Below, piece after piece: positions 26,926-38,570 of a stretch of 64,000 nucleotides of DNA. Position 1 is the stretch's first letter; the number at the start of each line of letters is the position of its first letter. The position numbers and the translations under genes were made by a program. Location: contig JAAILG010000198.1 in the NCBI GenBank assembly GCA_012026655.1, positions 62,001-126,000 of the forward strand, written 5' to 3'. Under the pieces are notes generated by a model. That model did no database searches and had not been told where the DNA came from. It worked only from the letters and a program-made list of their open reading frames with translations. The stretch is from Hydrolagus affinis. Lineage: Eukaryota.

Positions 26926-28200
26926 CTAATGAAAACAAATTTAATGAGAACTATCAGTGGCTAGTGTAAATACTAATAAATCTCATTTCTAATTTGTTTT
27001 TACTCCACACTGTCATTATTGGCTAAAACGTTACAATGCCATTTGTACCTCTGAATAGCATAAATTGTTAGAAATCACTTTGTTTAGAGTGTATTTTGTG
27101 TTCTGTAGAAGTTTATAATGAGTGATTTTTAGAAAGCGAATTTTCAAGTTCATAATTTTCACGCTATTCAAACTTTTGGAAGGTACCTAGGCTTTTACTG
27201 CTCTGTGTTCAGATATGTAGAGAGCCAGTCTCATCATTATACTGGTCTTCAATATCGCACTTCCCAATACAAGTACCATTTTTAGTTTTTTTAAATTAAT
27301 CTTGTGATTTTTGTCACTATGCTGGCTGCATAACCAGTTTTTGAAGCATGAATTGGTAATTGTTCTGAAGTTGGGATTGATGTTATTGGTGAGGCAATGC
27401 TTGTGGGCATATAAAAATGTCATCGGCTGTTAAAGTGAAACTGCTACTTTCTCCAGCACTTAGAATCAAGACCCACCAGGGAGTAAATTTCCAAACAGTG
27501 GTGATTCCATAATATGACATTTGCCAAAGGTAGATTTTGATGGATTAATAAGGCTGCGTGAGCAGCAATCAGCCAGCCCCCGGAATAAGAAAAAGTTGCA
27601 AAAATAACGTACTTCATTATCCCAAATTGAAAAAAGGACATTCTCAACAGGCATAATTCTTTGGCATAAAATAGGTCAATATTCAAATTCATAATTGATG
27701 GTCGTTTATGGTTGATTCACTACACAATGCTGCTGACCTGCTTAGGTCTGAATTCACTCTGCACAACTGCAATAAAAGCATCTTTGCAGACCAGAGACTA
27801 CGCTACAGAAACAGCTTCTTTAGTAATGAAATTGTTAAAAGGACACAGTAGTGGCGCTGAATGAAAGTTTCAAGCGGGAAAGATACTAAATCAAATTGTG
27901 CAGATGTTGTGGTGCTAAAATTCAAAGATGCCGGATTGGTAATTGGTGAATCGCAAATTTTTTAAATGTAATTTTTTTTTTAGGAAAACAAAATCTGACC
28001 TTACAGAAAGTACAGATTATAGGGTTCCCACCAATAGACAGCTACAAGGGTCTACATTAACAGCCGGGTAAGTTGTCTTCGTAAGTTGTCTCCCGATTTA
28101 TTTGCCCAAACATCATGAAATAGTTGGTAAGATCTGTTACATACCTCTCTTTGCATACACTCAAACAGAAGCAAGATAATAGTGTTCACTCTGTGTTCAG

Positions 28201-28223
28201 TCACGTGAGTCGTTCACGTGAGT
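28201..28223. promoter_or_regulatory. Tandem TCACGTGA E-boxes with a 7-nt spacer
   Basis: CACGTG at 28202-28207 and 28215-28220. Function is inferred only. Confidence 0.4.
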
Positions 28224-28883
28224 GTAAAGACTATAACATAAAACCAGAGCCCCTGCCCTTTAAACATGTTTGGTGAAGTGGAATCTACACTCGGTTTGAC
28301 CAGACACAGGGATTCTATTCCACATCACTTTTATTATTTTGCAATGTTGCCCTAAAAACGTCCGAAACCTGTTAATACTCTCCCTCGGTTATTTGCCAGG
28401 AATAATCGTAGTCACCCACGTTTATAAACGTCTCATTGCTTTGGGGATTTGGGATGTGGGCTGGGTCCCAAAGTAGAAAATAAGAGCACGCAGCTGCTTT
28501 TGTTTTGCAGAATTTGTGCGCGATTTAATGGTACATTTTGGGTCATCTGTTAATCTACTGCCTACCAAGCGAGTCGCGAGCACCAGCTTGACTGGTGTGA
28601 GATGGTATCTACTTGCCCTAGGGAAGTGAACAATGGTTAATGCAAAGCCCTGAGACATCAATATTAAAAAAAAATCAATACATTGAATTTGATCTATTTT
28701 CGTCACTGCAGAGTAGAAAGATTATATTCTTGTGCTTTCCCTATAAGGACATAACAACAGTTCAAGCTGCAGACTGATATGTGCACTTTGCGATAAACAT
28801 TTTTTTTGGGGGGAGGTGGGTGGGGGAGGGAGTTAAAAAGTTAGTAGAGGATAATTTTCTGCATTTACTCTTCATCAACATAC

Positions 28884-29010
28884 CTGATAGTTTAGCTGTA
28901 TCTTCTGTGTTGGAGCTTGTGGCAGTCTGCGAGACTGCGTGGGTTTCTCTCTCTGGAACAGTTGAAGGAAGAAACATACTGCTTGGCATTGTCATCTCTG
29001 GAGTGGTTAC
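28884..29010 (-). CDS. ZFHX3: ZFHX3 exon, 127 nt, phase 0-1 (VTTPEMTMPSSMFLPSTVPERETHAVSQTATSSNTEDTAKLS)
   Basis: Acceptor gctgggcag|GTAACC and donor TCAG|gtatgt. VTTPEMxMPSSMFLP is a ZFHX3 motif and the phases fit. Confidence 0.9.
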
Positions 29011-29064
29011 CTGCCCAGCAACATTACAGCAATTAGAACCTGTTAAATAAGTACATCCACCCTC

Positions 29065-29260
29065 TCTTTCTCCTGGCCATCAATTGCCACAAGATGAAAT
29101 TGGTCAATTCACCTCATGGCTGTTTGAGGGACATTTCTGTGCACAAACTGGCTGCTGGGCTCACCTACAAATAAATACACAGTAACTACACTTTACAGTA
29201 AATCTTGTGAAGCATTTTGCCCTCCTATTATGAGCATCACTATATGCAAAGATTATTACT
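29065..29260 (+). mobile_element. DeuSINE 3' half, diverged
   Basis: ctcctggcc...ctcatggctgtttgagggac...ctgtgcacaaactggctgc...cagtaactacactttacagt...tgtgaagcatttt...aagattatt. Confidence 0.65.
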
Positions 29261-32200
29261 GTAACCACACGACATAGGATGCATTACGTTTTAAGGCAAT
29301 TTGGGGGTGGGGTGGGAGTGGGACTCGGAGTGTGGTCATTAGAATGAGTTTCCTTGTCCACAATAAACCAACAATGAACCTCAGCACCTACAGAAGTTTT
29401 TGTTTTTCGTCAATTCGCAGCTTCACTGCTAATGTTTGGTTTTGGATTCAAAGCGTCGGGCTTGAAATGCCGCTCGAACTTCGCTACAGAGAGGAATAAG
29501 GTAGTCCCTCTTCCATCACAGCGCATACAGGCGATAGTTTTTGACTAAAAGGCAATGGGAACATATGTCGGCATTCTGTTCATCTGTGGCTATGTTTAGC
29601 ACTAATGTTCCACTGGAAGTAAGTAAAATCTTAACCAGAGTTCACTTGCTTTCAATGAAATATGACTTAAATTTGACAATGGCTTTTACTGTGTCAGTGT
29701 GACTTCAAAAGCAGGGTGAATCAACGGCATCAGATTTAACTGTACTCACAAATTCTGAGAGTGTCAAGATATGAGACCATTGTCCTAGCAACAGGAAACA
29801 AACTAATGTATAATTATATAAGCCTTTTCAACGACTTATTTACATGGTAATAAAAGCACTGGCAAGGACCACAAGATAGCAAGTCATTACACAACCAAAT
29901 TGGTTAAATACAGAGAAGGTACATTTTGTTGGACTAAATTGACAAGTAAAACTCATCTGCTGACAGCCCTCACCTGCAAATTACTATATCTGAATTGTAA
30001 TGATTTTTGCAAACTGTATGTGTGCAAGTGAAAAATGTGTTACAAAAATAATATTTGTATATTCTGATATAATATTGAATTTAAAATGTAAGCTTTAGTT
30101 GCTCTGATGCAGAAGAAGGGCTTTTGTACTTGAAAGGTGAAAGCCAATCATGTGTGAATGACAGCAAGAGTAGACAAAAAATTCATCAACTCTGTTATTA
30201 CACAGAACCTATTTAATCATAATCAGTGATTAACTTTAGAGAAAGCGGTGTGGCTGCATAGTGCTTGTCCTCACTTTCATTCAATTAACTGTTGAAAAAT
30301 AATAATCAAGTTCCATTGCTACTCTGCATTTTAATCAGAGGGCACATTTTACATTCGTTAACCCTTTTACAAAGCAACATCTTAGAAACGGTCGGCTTGT
30401 TGTGACCCCAAAAAATCAAGGGGGCTGGATTCAGTCAGGGGCTGAGAGTTCAAAAAACAAAGATGATTTATACAAATTTATACAAATGCAGCATAAACAA
30501 GAAGTTAAATGGGTCAAATATTTTTTAATACTTTATGAAATTATGTTTGTTTACCAATTCTACACTAAATTCATGGAGTTGGAATCTATATAAGAGCTCA
30601 GGAGGTATGTCTCTATTGAAGCGAACCATACCTTTGAAACAAAGGCACATGAAAACGGAATCACAAATATTTCTATGAGAAAGATTGTGTGAGTTTTCTC
30701 ATCTCTATTGTGGCGCTGAATAAAGTTTGCTATCAATTAAAAATGCACTTCAAATTAACCATGAATACCTACACTAAGTGGTCCCATTTATGCTTTTGAT
30801 AGGACAATGGAACGACGTATACTATCTGAAAAAAAATTAACCTGTCAACACACATTACGTGGTATCCTTTGTGGTATGGTTCACTAATTTTCCTCATTTA
30901 CATTAAGAACTCCAATTCAATCCGATGACTTCAGCTGGGCTGAAGTGCATTGTTCTAGAGTTTAAAAGATACGTTCAGTCACTGAATTGAAGACTGGATA
31001 TGGTTTGCTTGTTCATACCCTTCAAGTGGCATCACCCCCTTCATCCACTCCTTCAAGCCATGACAGACACTTCACTGAAAGTGTAGTCCGAGTGCACGAG
31101 CACAGAATTAGTGATCCAATGGTCTCATTCGGTTTGTTTGTAGAATTTGACAGAAGTGAAAAGACAATGGCAAATGTTCTCTCTGAGTTATATTGTCTGT
31201 TTCAGGACTAGATTGGGAATCCTGAAACTTAACTTGCCTGAAAAGAGTAGCAATGTTCCTTATATTTGATGCAGCAACTTTCACATTGGGAGGAACCTTT
31301 CAATAGGTTCACATGATTCACCGCAGAGTGAACTGTGTATACCTGGGCTGACCAATCGCAGCAGTCAAATTGCGCACAGCAATGTACCACAAAACTACCC
31401 AACCTGCCCACAGTGCCTTTTTAATTATTTAGGTGGATGCTGGTGCGAGGAATTGAAGATACATTAATTTTTCGTAGCCGATATGAATTCAGTTTCGCTT
31501 TTTAAATCTTATGCAGAATCGTAAATCATTTTTACGTACAATGAGTCACAAAAGCAGCCATGTACCTCGCATCACCACAGACTCTTATTTTAATGTCTAG
31601 ATTTACTTTACATCCAAGCGCAATTCAGTCTGGGACAAGTCTCAACTTTTCAAGCAAGCTGGAGTATTTTTAAAAAAACATAAGATCCAGGTAGTTCAAC
31701 AAACACAGGAAACAGTTTCTGTAAATCATGTCAGGCAGGTTTATGTGCACTACTGAACTTAATGATCAATTAAATGATAAATAAAATAAGCCAGTGCCAC
31801 AAATCCTGCAACTGGCTGCCAGCATACAGGAGACTTATTTTTAAACAAGAGTACAAGATGGGTTTGAAGGGGTTACGCTTTTTTATTTCCCAAAGAATAT
31901 CTTTCACATTTTAAAGTCGATTTACTTAAATACGGCTTCTTTAGCTATCAGTAATTGTACGATACTATTAGTATATATTATACTATATATATATATTACA
32001 CTCGCCAAATCCCAAGGTCACTTTTAATTTAGACGATTTAATTGGCAAACATAGTTCAAAATGGCTGTCATCAAACAGGACTCATGCTTAATGAAGCACG
32101 ATTATCTTCATTACCTGCGTTTCAGCCAGACAGACTAAAGACACCTTTATGCATAGTACATGAGGAAAGCATGCTCCCCTTCATTCAGAATTCAAAACTC

Positions 32201-32574
32201 TAAAAGATTTCCTTCGTATGGCAGCTTTGTAAGTGATGAATTAAGCAATCATGAATAGGCATATACACTGTCTTTCAAAACTAAGGAGAGCCTGAAGGAC
32301 TCCGAGACTGAAGGTCAAGCTCATCATTCTTTTTCACCCTCTTCTACCCCAGCCTGACTCTCAGGTTGACAAGACAATGGACATACAGGCGAATGTTGGT
32401 TATTCAAAACTGGAAGAATATAAATATATATAACACATATAAAGCTTTTCAAAATGCATTGTTTTATCCATTTCTCCTCCACCCCACAAAATATTCACTC
32501 TCGGGTTGTTCAGAATAAATGAAGAATGTTGGCAAAGTGAATAGCAACAAATCTTTGCTCAGTTGGGAATTCCA

Positions 32575-32825
32575 GGACAAGAGACGAGTTTGAGCTAACA
32601 TAGCGAGAAGTTCTTCACACTAAGGGTTGCAAGAGGAATATGGAACAGAATTTCTCAGAAGTCCATTGACGCCGTCCATTGAGATGTTCAAAAGAGAGAT
32701 ACTTGGTAAGGAAGGTATTAAGGGACATGGCGGGGAAAAGGCAGGGAAATGATCGTAAATTATTGCCACAAGACTTGATGGTGGATGTGACTTAATGGCC
32801 AACCCCCATGTTCTTATTCTTCTTG
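32575..32825 (+). mobile_element. CR1-type LINE 3' end
   Basis: ttcttcacactaagggttg..atatggaacag..gttcaaaagagagat..attaagggacatgg..aaggcagggaaatg, typical of a CR1 ORF2 end and 3'UTR. Confidence 0.6.
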
Positions 32826-34376
32826 GTTGGGTGTTTCAATGCCATTGTTGCCAACCCATGGCTTGGCTGATTGGCTGAAAGGTGTGCTGAAGAAGAGTGG
32901 AAACAGGTTCCTCCTTGTTGAGCTTTTCCCCTATCCCCAAGTGAGGCTGGCGGAGATTTGCAAAGCTGTTCACGAGAACGTTGGTGTGAAAAGGTCAGTG
33001 AAACCTGGATTTGTGAGGCTTGGGTCTCCGAGGGAACGCACTTAACACACCAATAATCAGCCCACCAATTATTTGGTGTGCAATTTAATTTTTGAAAAGG
33101 CAGGGGAACACTTTGGTAATGTAGCCGGGTTATAAGGGAAATGAAAGAAATGGCCGACACCAACAGGGAAATGATGTCAGCGGTGCTTCCTGTGCATGGC
33201 ATAACTGAGTATGCAGGAAGTGAATCATTAGTAATCCGATGACCCATATGTTTTAGTTTTGGAAGCCGGGTGCTGCACACCTCCAGTGAGAAAACGCTGA
33301 TTTATTTCTCACCTGCTGGCTTACTGAACCCATTGAAATACCCCAACATTCTATGCAGGTACTCGTTGAAGCTCAGATAAACTCCAATATGGATATTACA
33401 GATAGCAATTTAGTAATAGCACCTTGAAGATAATTCCTTAGCCTTGAGCATAAGCATTATTTAATCAGTGTCCACGAGTTCTGGGAAAGACGGAAGCGTT
33501 TTCTTTCTGGTGCTGTCGTGTCACAGTGACTTTGTGATAAAACCTGACACTCAACTGCTCTCTATCATTCTGGCTTTTAAGAAATAACAAACCGAGATTT
33601 GCCAAACACTGAAAGGGCAAGGCCATCATTTTTCAGAAAATAGGATTGGTTTGTGTGTGTATGGATTATGTATTTGTTTTGTATGTGTGGCATGTGAGTG
33701 TGGTGTGTGTGTATGCCCCGGGCTTGTCCTCTGTATATGTGTCCTGTGTGATGGTGTGTGTGACCTTACTCAGAAAAATCTGTTATTCCCACCGATGGAA
33801 TTAAAAAGGTTACTTTTTTTTGTGATGCGTGTTCAGCTTTAATTCCAAAGATACACAGGTGTAGCTTGATATCATGTGGGAGGATTGGACGTATGGTCAC
33901 CTCCCCAGTTCTCCCTTCACCCTTGCCCTGGCTGTGACTTAACAAGTTCAGCGCCAGGGAATCTCCGTTCCATAAACTGCAGCTCTACACACTACATCTC
34001 ACGACAGGCGCTGCCTCCTGCAGCCCCTTATTTGATTTTTAAAACAGTCCACGGACATTAGCATTGCATCTTTTTCTTTTTTGGGGGGTGGGGGGCGATT
34101 ACGAAAGAAAGAAACCATGACGCAAGGAAAAATAATCTCCCAAACTATTACAAAATCCTCATAATAAACTGAACCCCCCCCCCACCCCCCACCTTGTCTG
34201 TCTGTCAATACAGATTTTAGCGATGTGGTTCAGAGCCGTCATTTTGAAGTCTTCCAGAGCTCAGGCACAAGGCGAGAGGGTTCAGCATCTGTTCTATTTT
34301 GATTAAAAGGACCTTATTGAGGGACTTACAGAAGACCCCGGTAACATTGGGAGCTCTGCGAGATAGGCGGGAAGCA

Positions 34377-34390
34377 GTTACCATGACAAC
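34377..34390. promoter_or_regulatory. RFX X-box-like palindrome GTTACCATGACAAC
   Basis: Matches GTTNCCATGGNAAC with one mismatch and lies in unique non-repetitive sequence. Confidence 0.45.
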
Positions 34391-34579
34391 GGGCACTTTA
34401 AAGGCTTGGAAAACCGACGGCCAAATTATGAGCAGAAATATATTTTCTCCCATCCATCTGGCAAACACAATGCTTTATGATCTGTGGTGGTGCATCACGC
34501 TTTCTGAGTTGGGGCTAGATTTCGGACTGGTAGCTAGTTTGTCCTCGTTTATGATCACAGAACCCTGCAGCACATTAAT

Positions 34580-35265
34580 TTTCACTTTGCCTATTGTTCA
34601 CTCGCCGATTGCCTATCTATCCCTCCATTATCGATTTCTAAAGCCCACCAACCTAATGCCCCTCCCTGTATCTTCAACCTCCTGTAACCCAACCTGTAAT
34701 GGCCATTCCCTCCCATCTGGCCACCATGACCACTCCCTCAACTCTGCCCAAACCAACTTGCTTCATTGCTGCCCCTCTCCGTCACTCCCCATCCCACCCC
34801 ACCCCACTCCCGGCTTGTGAACATGCAGCCACTTTGCTCCCTCCCTCTGAAACTCTCCCCCGCAATCCCTCTCCCTCTTCAATCCCTCTCCCTCTTCAAT
34901 ACCACTTTCTCTCCATCTCGATGACAGGTTGTTAAGAGCTCTGAGGCATGAAGGGTGCCATATAAGGGCAAGTTGTTGTTATTCCTGCTCTGCTTTTGAA
35001 TCCCTTTCTTCTTTGACTACACTTTGGATGAGCTTCTCTGCCGCCCTGCTAACTCCCCCGCTAACTCCTTGGCACCCTTCAGACTCCCGCTCAGTGTTTG
35101 CAAATACTTTGAGAGTCTCTCCCAATGTGGAAAAGTGCCTCAAAACTCAAAAGTGTCGATTGTTGTTGCTGCTCACAGCGAGTACTGGAAACAGTTAACA
35201 GCAAAAACGACAACAACAAAATGCCATTTGTATAGCGCCTTTCACGTCGGGTGGGTCATCCCACA
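34580..35265. mobile_element. Cluster of L2-type 3' end fragments (two on plus, one tail on minus)
   Basis: C/T-rich degenerate ORF2 ends with tails gccatataagggcaagttgttgtt (~34985) and actttgagagtc..gtggaaaagtgcc (~35150). Inverted tail aacaacaaatgccatttgtatagcgcctttcacgtc at ~35210-35250. Confidence 0.5.
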
Positions 35266-36060
35266 CCATTCAAACCCCACAAGGCCACTTCACCTGCCAA
35301 TCAATTTTCTTTGACAAGCATCGAGACAATCGTACCTTCCTTCTCACACTACACCTTCACCACAGAAAGAATTTACTACTGCTGGAGCTACTATTATTGT
35401 TGAGAACTTAAGTGAAGCACCAAGATCCTTATTGCAATGCAACAAAGGTGAAACAAGCAGCAGAGAAAGCGAGATAAGTGACTTGGTGATGGCAAGTTTT
35501 AAAAGCCATGCGATCCTCAAATTCCACCTTGTTGTAGGCATGTGACTACCATTTATTTTTAAAAAATAAGATTGTGCAGAATAGTGGAATATTTTTTAAA
35601 GGAATCTTAATCTGGAATCTGGTGTTAACAAAAAAAGCCTTTCAAAGTAAAACTCGAGTGCGACAATTTTCAGCAATTCTGTGCGATGTCAATTTTTCAG
35701 GATATTCGGATTTCTTAATATTTCCACTGTTACAAAAGCACCTTGTTGACTGTTCCATTCCTTTGCAATCAATGCAATTGAATATTTTTCTCATCTGTGT
35801 TTGATTCTTTAAACAATTCAAGCTATGGTAAGAGCATTGATTTTAAAAAAATATTAATTGTGACAGAACTAAGAGTTCTGAGATGCAAACACATCTAAGT
35901 TTCTAAAGGCAAGTTATCTTCGCTTTGGGGGGTAAGCAGCATTAATGAAGTCCATAAAATGAAGGACTTAAGGACCTAATCAAAACTGGAATCAAACATC
36001 AAAAGGATGATCACTCACTTATGGTAAGCCAACAGAACTAGTGACAGTGAATAGTGCTAA

Positions 36061-36131
36061 AAATAATAATAATTATGCTTCTAATTGACACAGCTGGCGC
36101 TTTTCACGTCGGGAGGATGTCTCAAAACACT
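36061..36131 (-). mobile_element. SINE/L2 tail fragment abutting an exon donor
   Basis: aataataataatt...gcgcttttcacgtcgggaggatgtctcaaaacact. Confidence 0.65.
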
Positions 36132-36141
36132 GAGCACTTAC

Positions 36142-36342
36142 AGCCATGATGAGTTTCTCAACGCAGTCGGGTGCCACACTGTGCAGATGGGTGAGGTGCA
36201 GCTGGAGGTGGATCTTGTTGTTCAGCATGTCCTGGCAGAGCGGGCAGCGCAGCATTGGCTGCACCGAATGCTGGGACAGCACATGCATCCGTATACGGTT
36301 CACATCAGTGTTGCTGTACTTGCAGTAAGGGCACTGATACAT
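36142..36342 (-). CDS. ZFHX3: ZFHX3 exon, 201 nt, phase 0-0, two C2H2 zinc fingers ([10 protein letters not shown]...[35 protein letters not shown])
   Basis: Acceptor ttctcacctgcccacag|ATG and donor GCT|gtaagt. Two CxxC...H...H motifs typical of ZFHX3/4. Confidence 0.93.
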
Positions 36343-36382
36343 CTGTGGGCAGGTGAGAAAAGGAGAGGGTTTTATATACAGG

Positions 36383-36525
36383 TTTGCGCCACGCTGCAGC
36401 ACTGCATTTTTGGCTGACAAAGCACACAGTCAATTCACTTTACACTATCTTCTGTGAAGCGCTTTGGGACGCCTCAATGATGCGATGAGGCGCTGTATCA
36501 AATGCAAGAATTATTATGTTATTAT
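36383..36525 (+). mobile_element. SINE family A 3' fragment
   Basis: cagtcaattcactttacactatcttctgtgaagcgctttgggacg...gcgctgtatcaaatgcaagaattatt. Confidence 0.8.
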
Positions 36526-37246
36526 CTTCCCTGGACGCCTTTATTTTCCGCGTCTCACATTGAATGAATACATCTCAAAAGGTCATTTTACCACCAAGAG
36601 CTTATCCATGGCCGGCGGCTCACTTGGCAGATTATGTGTGAGCGTAATGTCCCCAACCAGAGAGGATTCTGAGTTTGCAGGACGTGGATCTTTTCTAAAG
36701 GAAATCCGGTGAAGAAATTCCCCAGATTAAACCATACAGGTGTCAGGGCCACTCATGTTCGCACAGAATACTATCCTCGTAGACTGACCTCACCAATGCG
36801 CATGTGTCATAGGATTGTTAACTAACCATTAAGTGCGATACAAAACAGATATCAAACCCTACCAACCCAGCTGGTCAGCAGGCACTGTCCTGCTTAATGT
36901 CCCTCACCTCACTATCGTCAGTCAGGGCTTTGTGCGCATCTAACCTCAACTCTCTGAAACTCCATCCTGGAGTCTGGTTGACTTGCCCCTTCCTTCACCT
37001 CCTTCAAAGTTAGTCTCTGACCATACTTTCAAGCATTTTTCCCCTCTCTCACACCCCAACCCCAGCTCGATTGTCCAGTGCCTCGGGGCCACCCTCTCCA
37101 TGTAAATATATAAATGGTTCTGAGAGCAACACAACGCCAATTCAGTCAGTTTGAAGAGTTCACCTGCATTTTCAGTTTTGCAGCCCAATGCCCCATCCCC
37201 CCATTACCTTACATATCTGCCCTGTTACACAACTTTCTATATCTAC

Positions 37247-37374
37247 CTGCTGATCTGTGCTTGTCTCTTCGGATGTTCTTGGTCTTTTGGAGGAAAGAGG
37301 GGTGTCCATGCTCCCAGGCAGTGATGGTCGTTTAGTAGTGGTGGAGTCCTGTGACTCACGTTCACCGGCAGACA
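37247..37374 (-). CDS. ZFHX3: ZFHX3 internal coding exon, 128 nt, phase 1-0 (VSAGERESQDSTTTKRPSLPGSMDTPLSSKRPRTSEETSTDQQ)
   Basis: Acceptor tttttgtctcctctcgctgtag|TG and donor CAG|gtagat. PLSSKRP matches ZFHX3 and the frame joins both neighbours. Confidence 0.85.
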
Positions 37375-37696
37375 CTACAGCGAGAGGAGACAAAAACAGA
37401 CACTCAACCTGATCTTTTTGTTTAACCTCACGCAAATCTCCACGTAGATTGAACTATAAACCATCGGTTTTGACAAACAAGAAAGGCTCTCAAGTTCAGA
37501 AACATTAGCTTTTGAGTATTCTGCGAAAAAAGTAAACATTTGACCATAAAGTGAGCTGAAATCCAATGCAAATTCAGATTTTAATCTTTGAGACCCATTG
37601 AAACCTTCAATATGTAAAATGGAAGTTGCCAAGCCACGATATGGATGAATGAAAAAACTGCAGCAGGAACAGCAATGGTTCTGTCTCATCCAGAAG

Positions 37697-37768
37697 CTAA
37701 TAATAATCTGTACATTTGGTATATAGCATCTTTCACAGCGGAAGCCATCTCAAAGCATTTCACAGGAT
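37697..37768 (-). mobile_element. SINE family A tail, degenerate
   Basis: taataataatctgtacatttggtatatagcatctttcac...tctcaaagcatttcacag. Confidence 0.6.
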
Positions 37769-38329
37769 CTACTGGTGCATTTAATAAATAAATATACGGC
37801 AGTTGGAATATTGCAGCCCGCTTTGGCCACTCCACATTAGGAGAGACATCAAAGGTAATAGAGTGAGTGCAGAGGAAATTTGCTAGGATCATACCAGGGA
37901 TTAGTGGTTTGAATGTTTTGAATACTGCTGTAGCTTGTTGTTGCATTGTAACTAAAGAAAAGCCCAAGATGGACACAATATTTGCAAAAGACAATTTAGA
38001 TTTTTAATAATACAGGAATGTCTTTATTATTGCAGTTAACCGACGGGGATTATTTAATTTAAGATCCAGTTTATTGCATAATACGAGTGCAAATGTTGTG
38101 AGTTGCAGCCAGCTACTTTCCATGTGAATCAATCTGAGGCAGAGATGTTCATTGGACACAGCGTTCTAAAATACAATATAATAGTTCCATCTGAAAGCAA
38201 TGCAGTATTTATAGGAGCTTTGGTTGGTTGTCTCAATGTATCGTTAGATAAACGCTCAATAGCTGACATTAATCTGTGTTACTCTGGCCAAATATTTTGA
38301 CCACTCAGCAGTCATAAATCTGACTGACA

Positions 38330-38570
38330 GGCCCTCCGAATGGTTCAGCCGTTAAAGCAAACCACCTGGTACAAGGCTGAGCCATAGAGTGCAAGAAACT
38401 TTAATTCCTTAGATTTTTACTGCCGTCGTTTGAGAAGATATTATTATCATTATTTTTATTATTATTATCATTTCAGGATAGGCAGCAAAAAGAATCTCAA
38501 CACCCTGGGTTATGGAGGATTGAAATTGGCCAGGTTTCTAACTCCTGATCTCTAAATCAAGATAGTCCTG
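38330..38570 (+). mobile_element. Ancient AmnSINE2-like SINE remnant
   Basis: ggccctccgaatggttcagccgttaaagca..ctgagccatag..caccctgggtt..ggagg..aaattggccaggttt..ctcctgatc resembles the remembered AmnSINE2-type consensus. Not aligned computationally. Confidence 0.4.

Noticed and set aside
21812-26969. Numerous plus-strand ORFs of 60-170 aa
   Set aside because: Antisense shadows of the large ZFHX3 exon.
34299-34820. 173-aa plus-strand ORF
   Set aside because: Starts at a non-ATG codon, its second half is L2-derived, and it has no recognisable domain.
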